64,000 nucleotides of DNA from Phoronis australis (Eukaryota; Animalia; Phoronida), in the NCBI GenBank assembly GCA_002633005.1, contig NMRA01000250.1, positions 155,534-219,533 of the forward strand, given 5' to 3'. Position numbers and translations under genes: made by a program. Below, one piece after another: positions 63,075 through 64,000 of the stretch. A model generated the notes under the pieces. That model saw only the letters and a program-made list of their open reading frames with translations. It was not told the origin of the DNA and did not search any database. How positions within the stretch are numbered: the first letter of the stretch is position 1; every line of letters starts with the position of its first letter.

Positions 63075-63414
63075 AAAGGACACTATACCCTGTTTTGATG
63101 ATTTCAACCAATCCTCATTTTGTCACCTAATAATGCATCATTGCCGTCAACCTTCAAAGTTAAAGGCAGGAATCCTCTAAGAACTCATACTACCTGTCTC
63201 ACAAATTGGATATTGTGGTCCTTGCTAGGTAGACTTTTCCCACAGTTGCTGTGAAATTCGTTAAAAGCCTAGGTCACTTTGAAAGGAGTTTTCGAATTTT
63301 CTTTCAAACTTTTGAGGGTTGTCGAGGGTTACAGAGCATCATTTTGTTTGATAGAGCTGGATAGGAAAGTCGTTTCTGCTAATAGGCCAAAACCGGGTTT
63401 TGTATCATTCTAAA
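63075..63414. mobile_element. ~340-bp MITE, related to 33920-34264
   Basis: Colinear similarity; degenerate TIR ACCC(T/G)GTTTTG near TTAA-like flanks. Confidence 0.6.
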
Positions 63415-64000
63415 TTTAAAGACAGCTGGAATCTCGTAAGTTTCACACATGTGGTTTGTCCACCAGGTCAAGCCTTGAATAATGTACTTCCTTAGTACAC
63501 ATACTTTATCCATTACAAGCAAATTGTAAACTACAGACACACAACATTAACATGTCATTATACCAGGAACACATGATAATAACCACAAGGATACATACTC
63601 AGAAGATGGAATTATTTAACTTTATTAGCACCAAAATACAGGCTTGGTTGTGCTTTTGGTAACAGATTTGCTAACAGAAAATGTGCCGGCGACATCATCA
63701 TGGAATGAGGACCAATCATTTATTATGTGCTGAAATCAATTCTGTCCTCTTACTCAACATAAAGCTTTGTTTTCGTCAAACACTCGCCTAAACTGTCAGT
63801 TTATTTTGGTAAATCCCAATATGAAGAAATTTTAAATATGACAATTCTTAATTATTTAGCACAAAATATGGTCGACAACTGCAATTCCATTTTGTAGTCT
63901 ATCACTAACACGGTTTTGCGCTGTGCAGATGTCAACAACAATAGATTAAGTTTCCATTATTTGTAGAAAATGAATCAGCTTTTGAACTATTATATAATAG

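Overview
AT-rich, intron-rich eukaryotic DNA from an invertebrate metazoan draft assembly (N gaps at 39559-40357 and 49838-50361). Spliced genes were rebuilt by hand from GT/AG sites with consistent phases: (1) three 3' exons of a probable divergent SLC6-type transporter (+, 3975-6432); (2) a complete three-exon TLCD5/TMEM136 CDS (-, 18524-13987); (3) an RIIa/D-D (SPA17/CABYR-like) exon at 29467 followed by a 1.45-kb extremely acidic ORF with seven YENV motifs; (4) a convergent single-coding-exon gene of unknown function (-, 33338-32226); (5) 15 exons of CCDC191 (-, 61964-37193, 5' end outside the window), whose introns hold an antisense secreted QPD-type C-type lectin gene and a decayed APE+RT LINE. 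Repeats include a Kolobok-like element (TTAA TSD, THAP remnant) in two copies, MITEs with 5-bp TSDs, a piggyBac-type MITE, an LTR-like fragment, Helentron-like and foldback elements, inverted tRNA-derived SINE pairs, several minisatellites and a minimal Penelope-type hammerhead ribozyme inside a TSD-flanked insertion. No CRISPR array and no true rRNA or tRNA gene was found. The best novelty candidate is the RIIa domain plus YENV-array locus. All family calls come from motif recognition; no database search was run.
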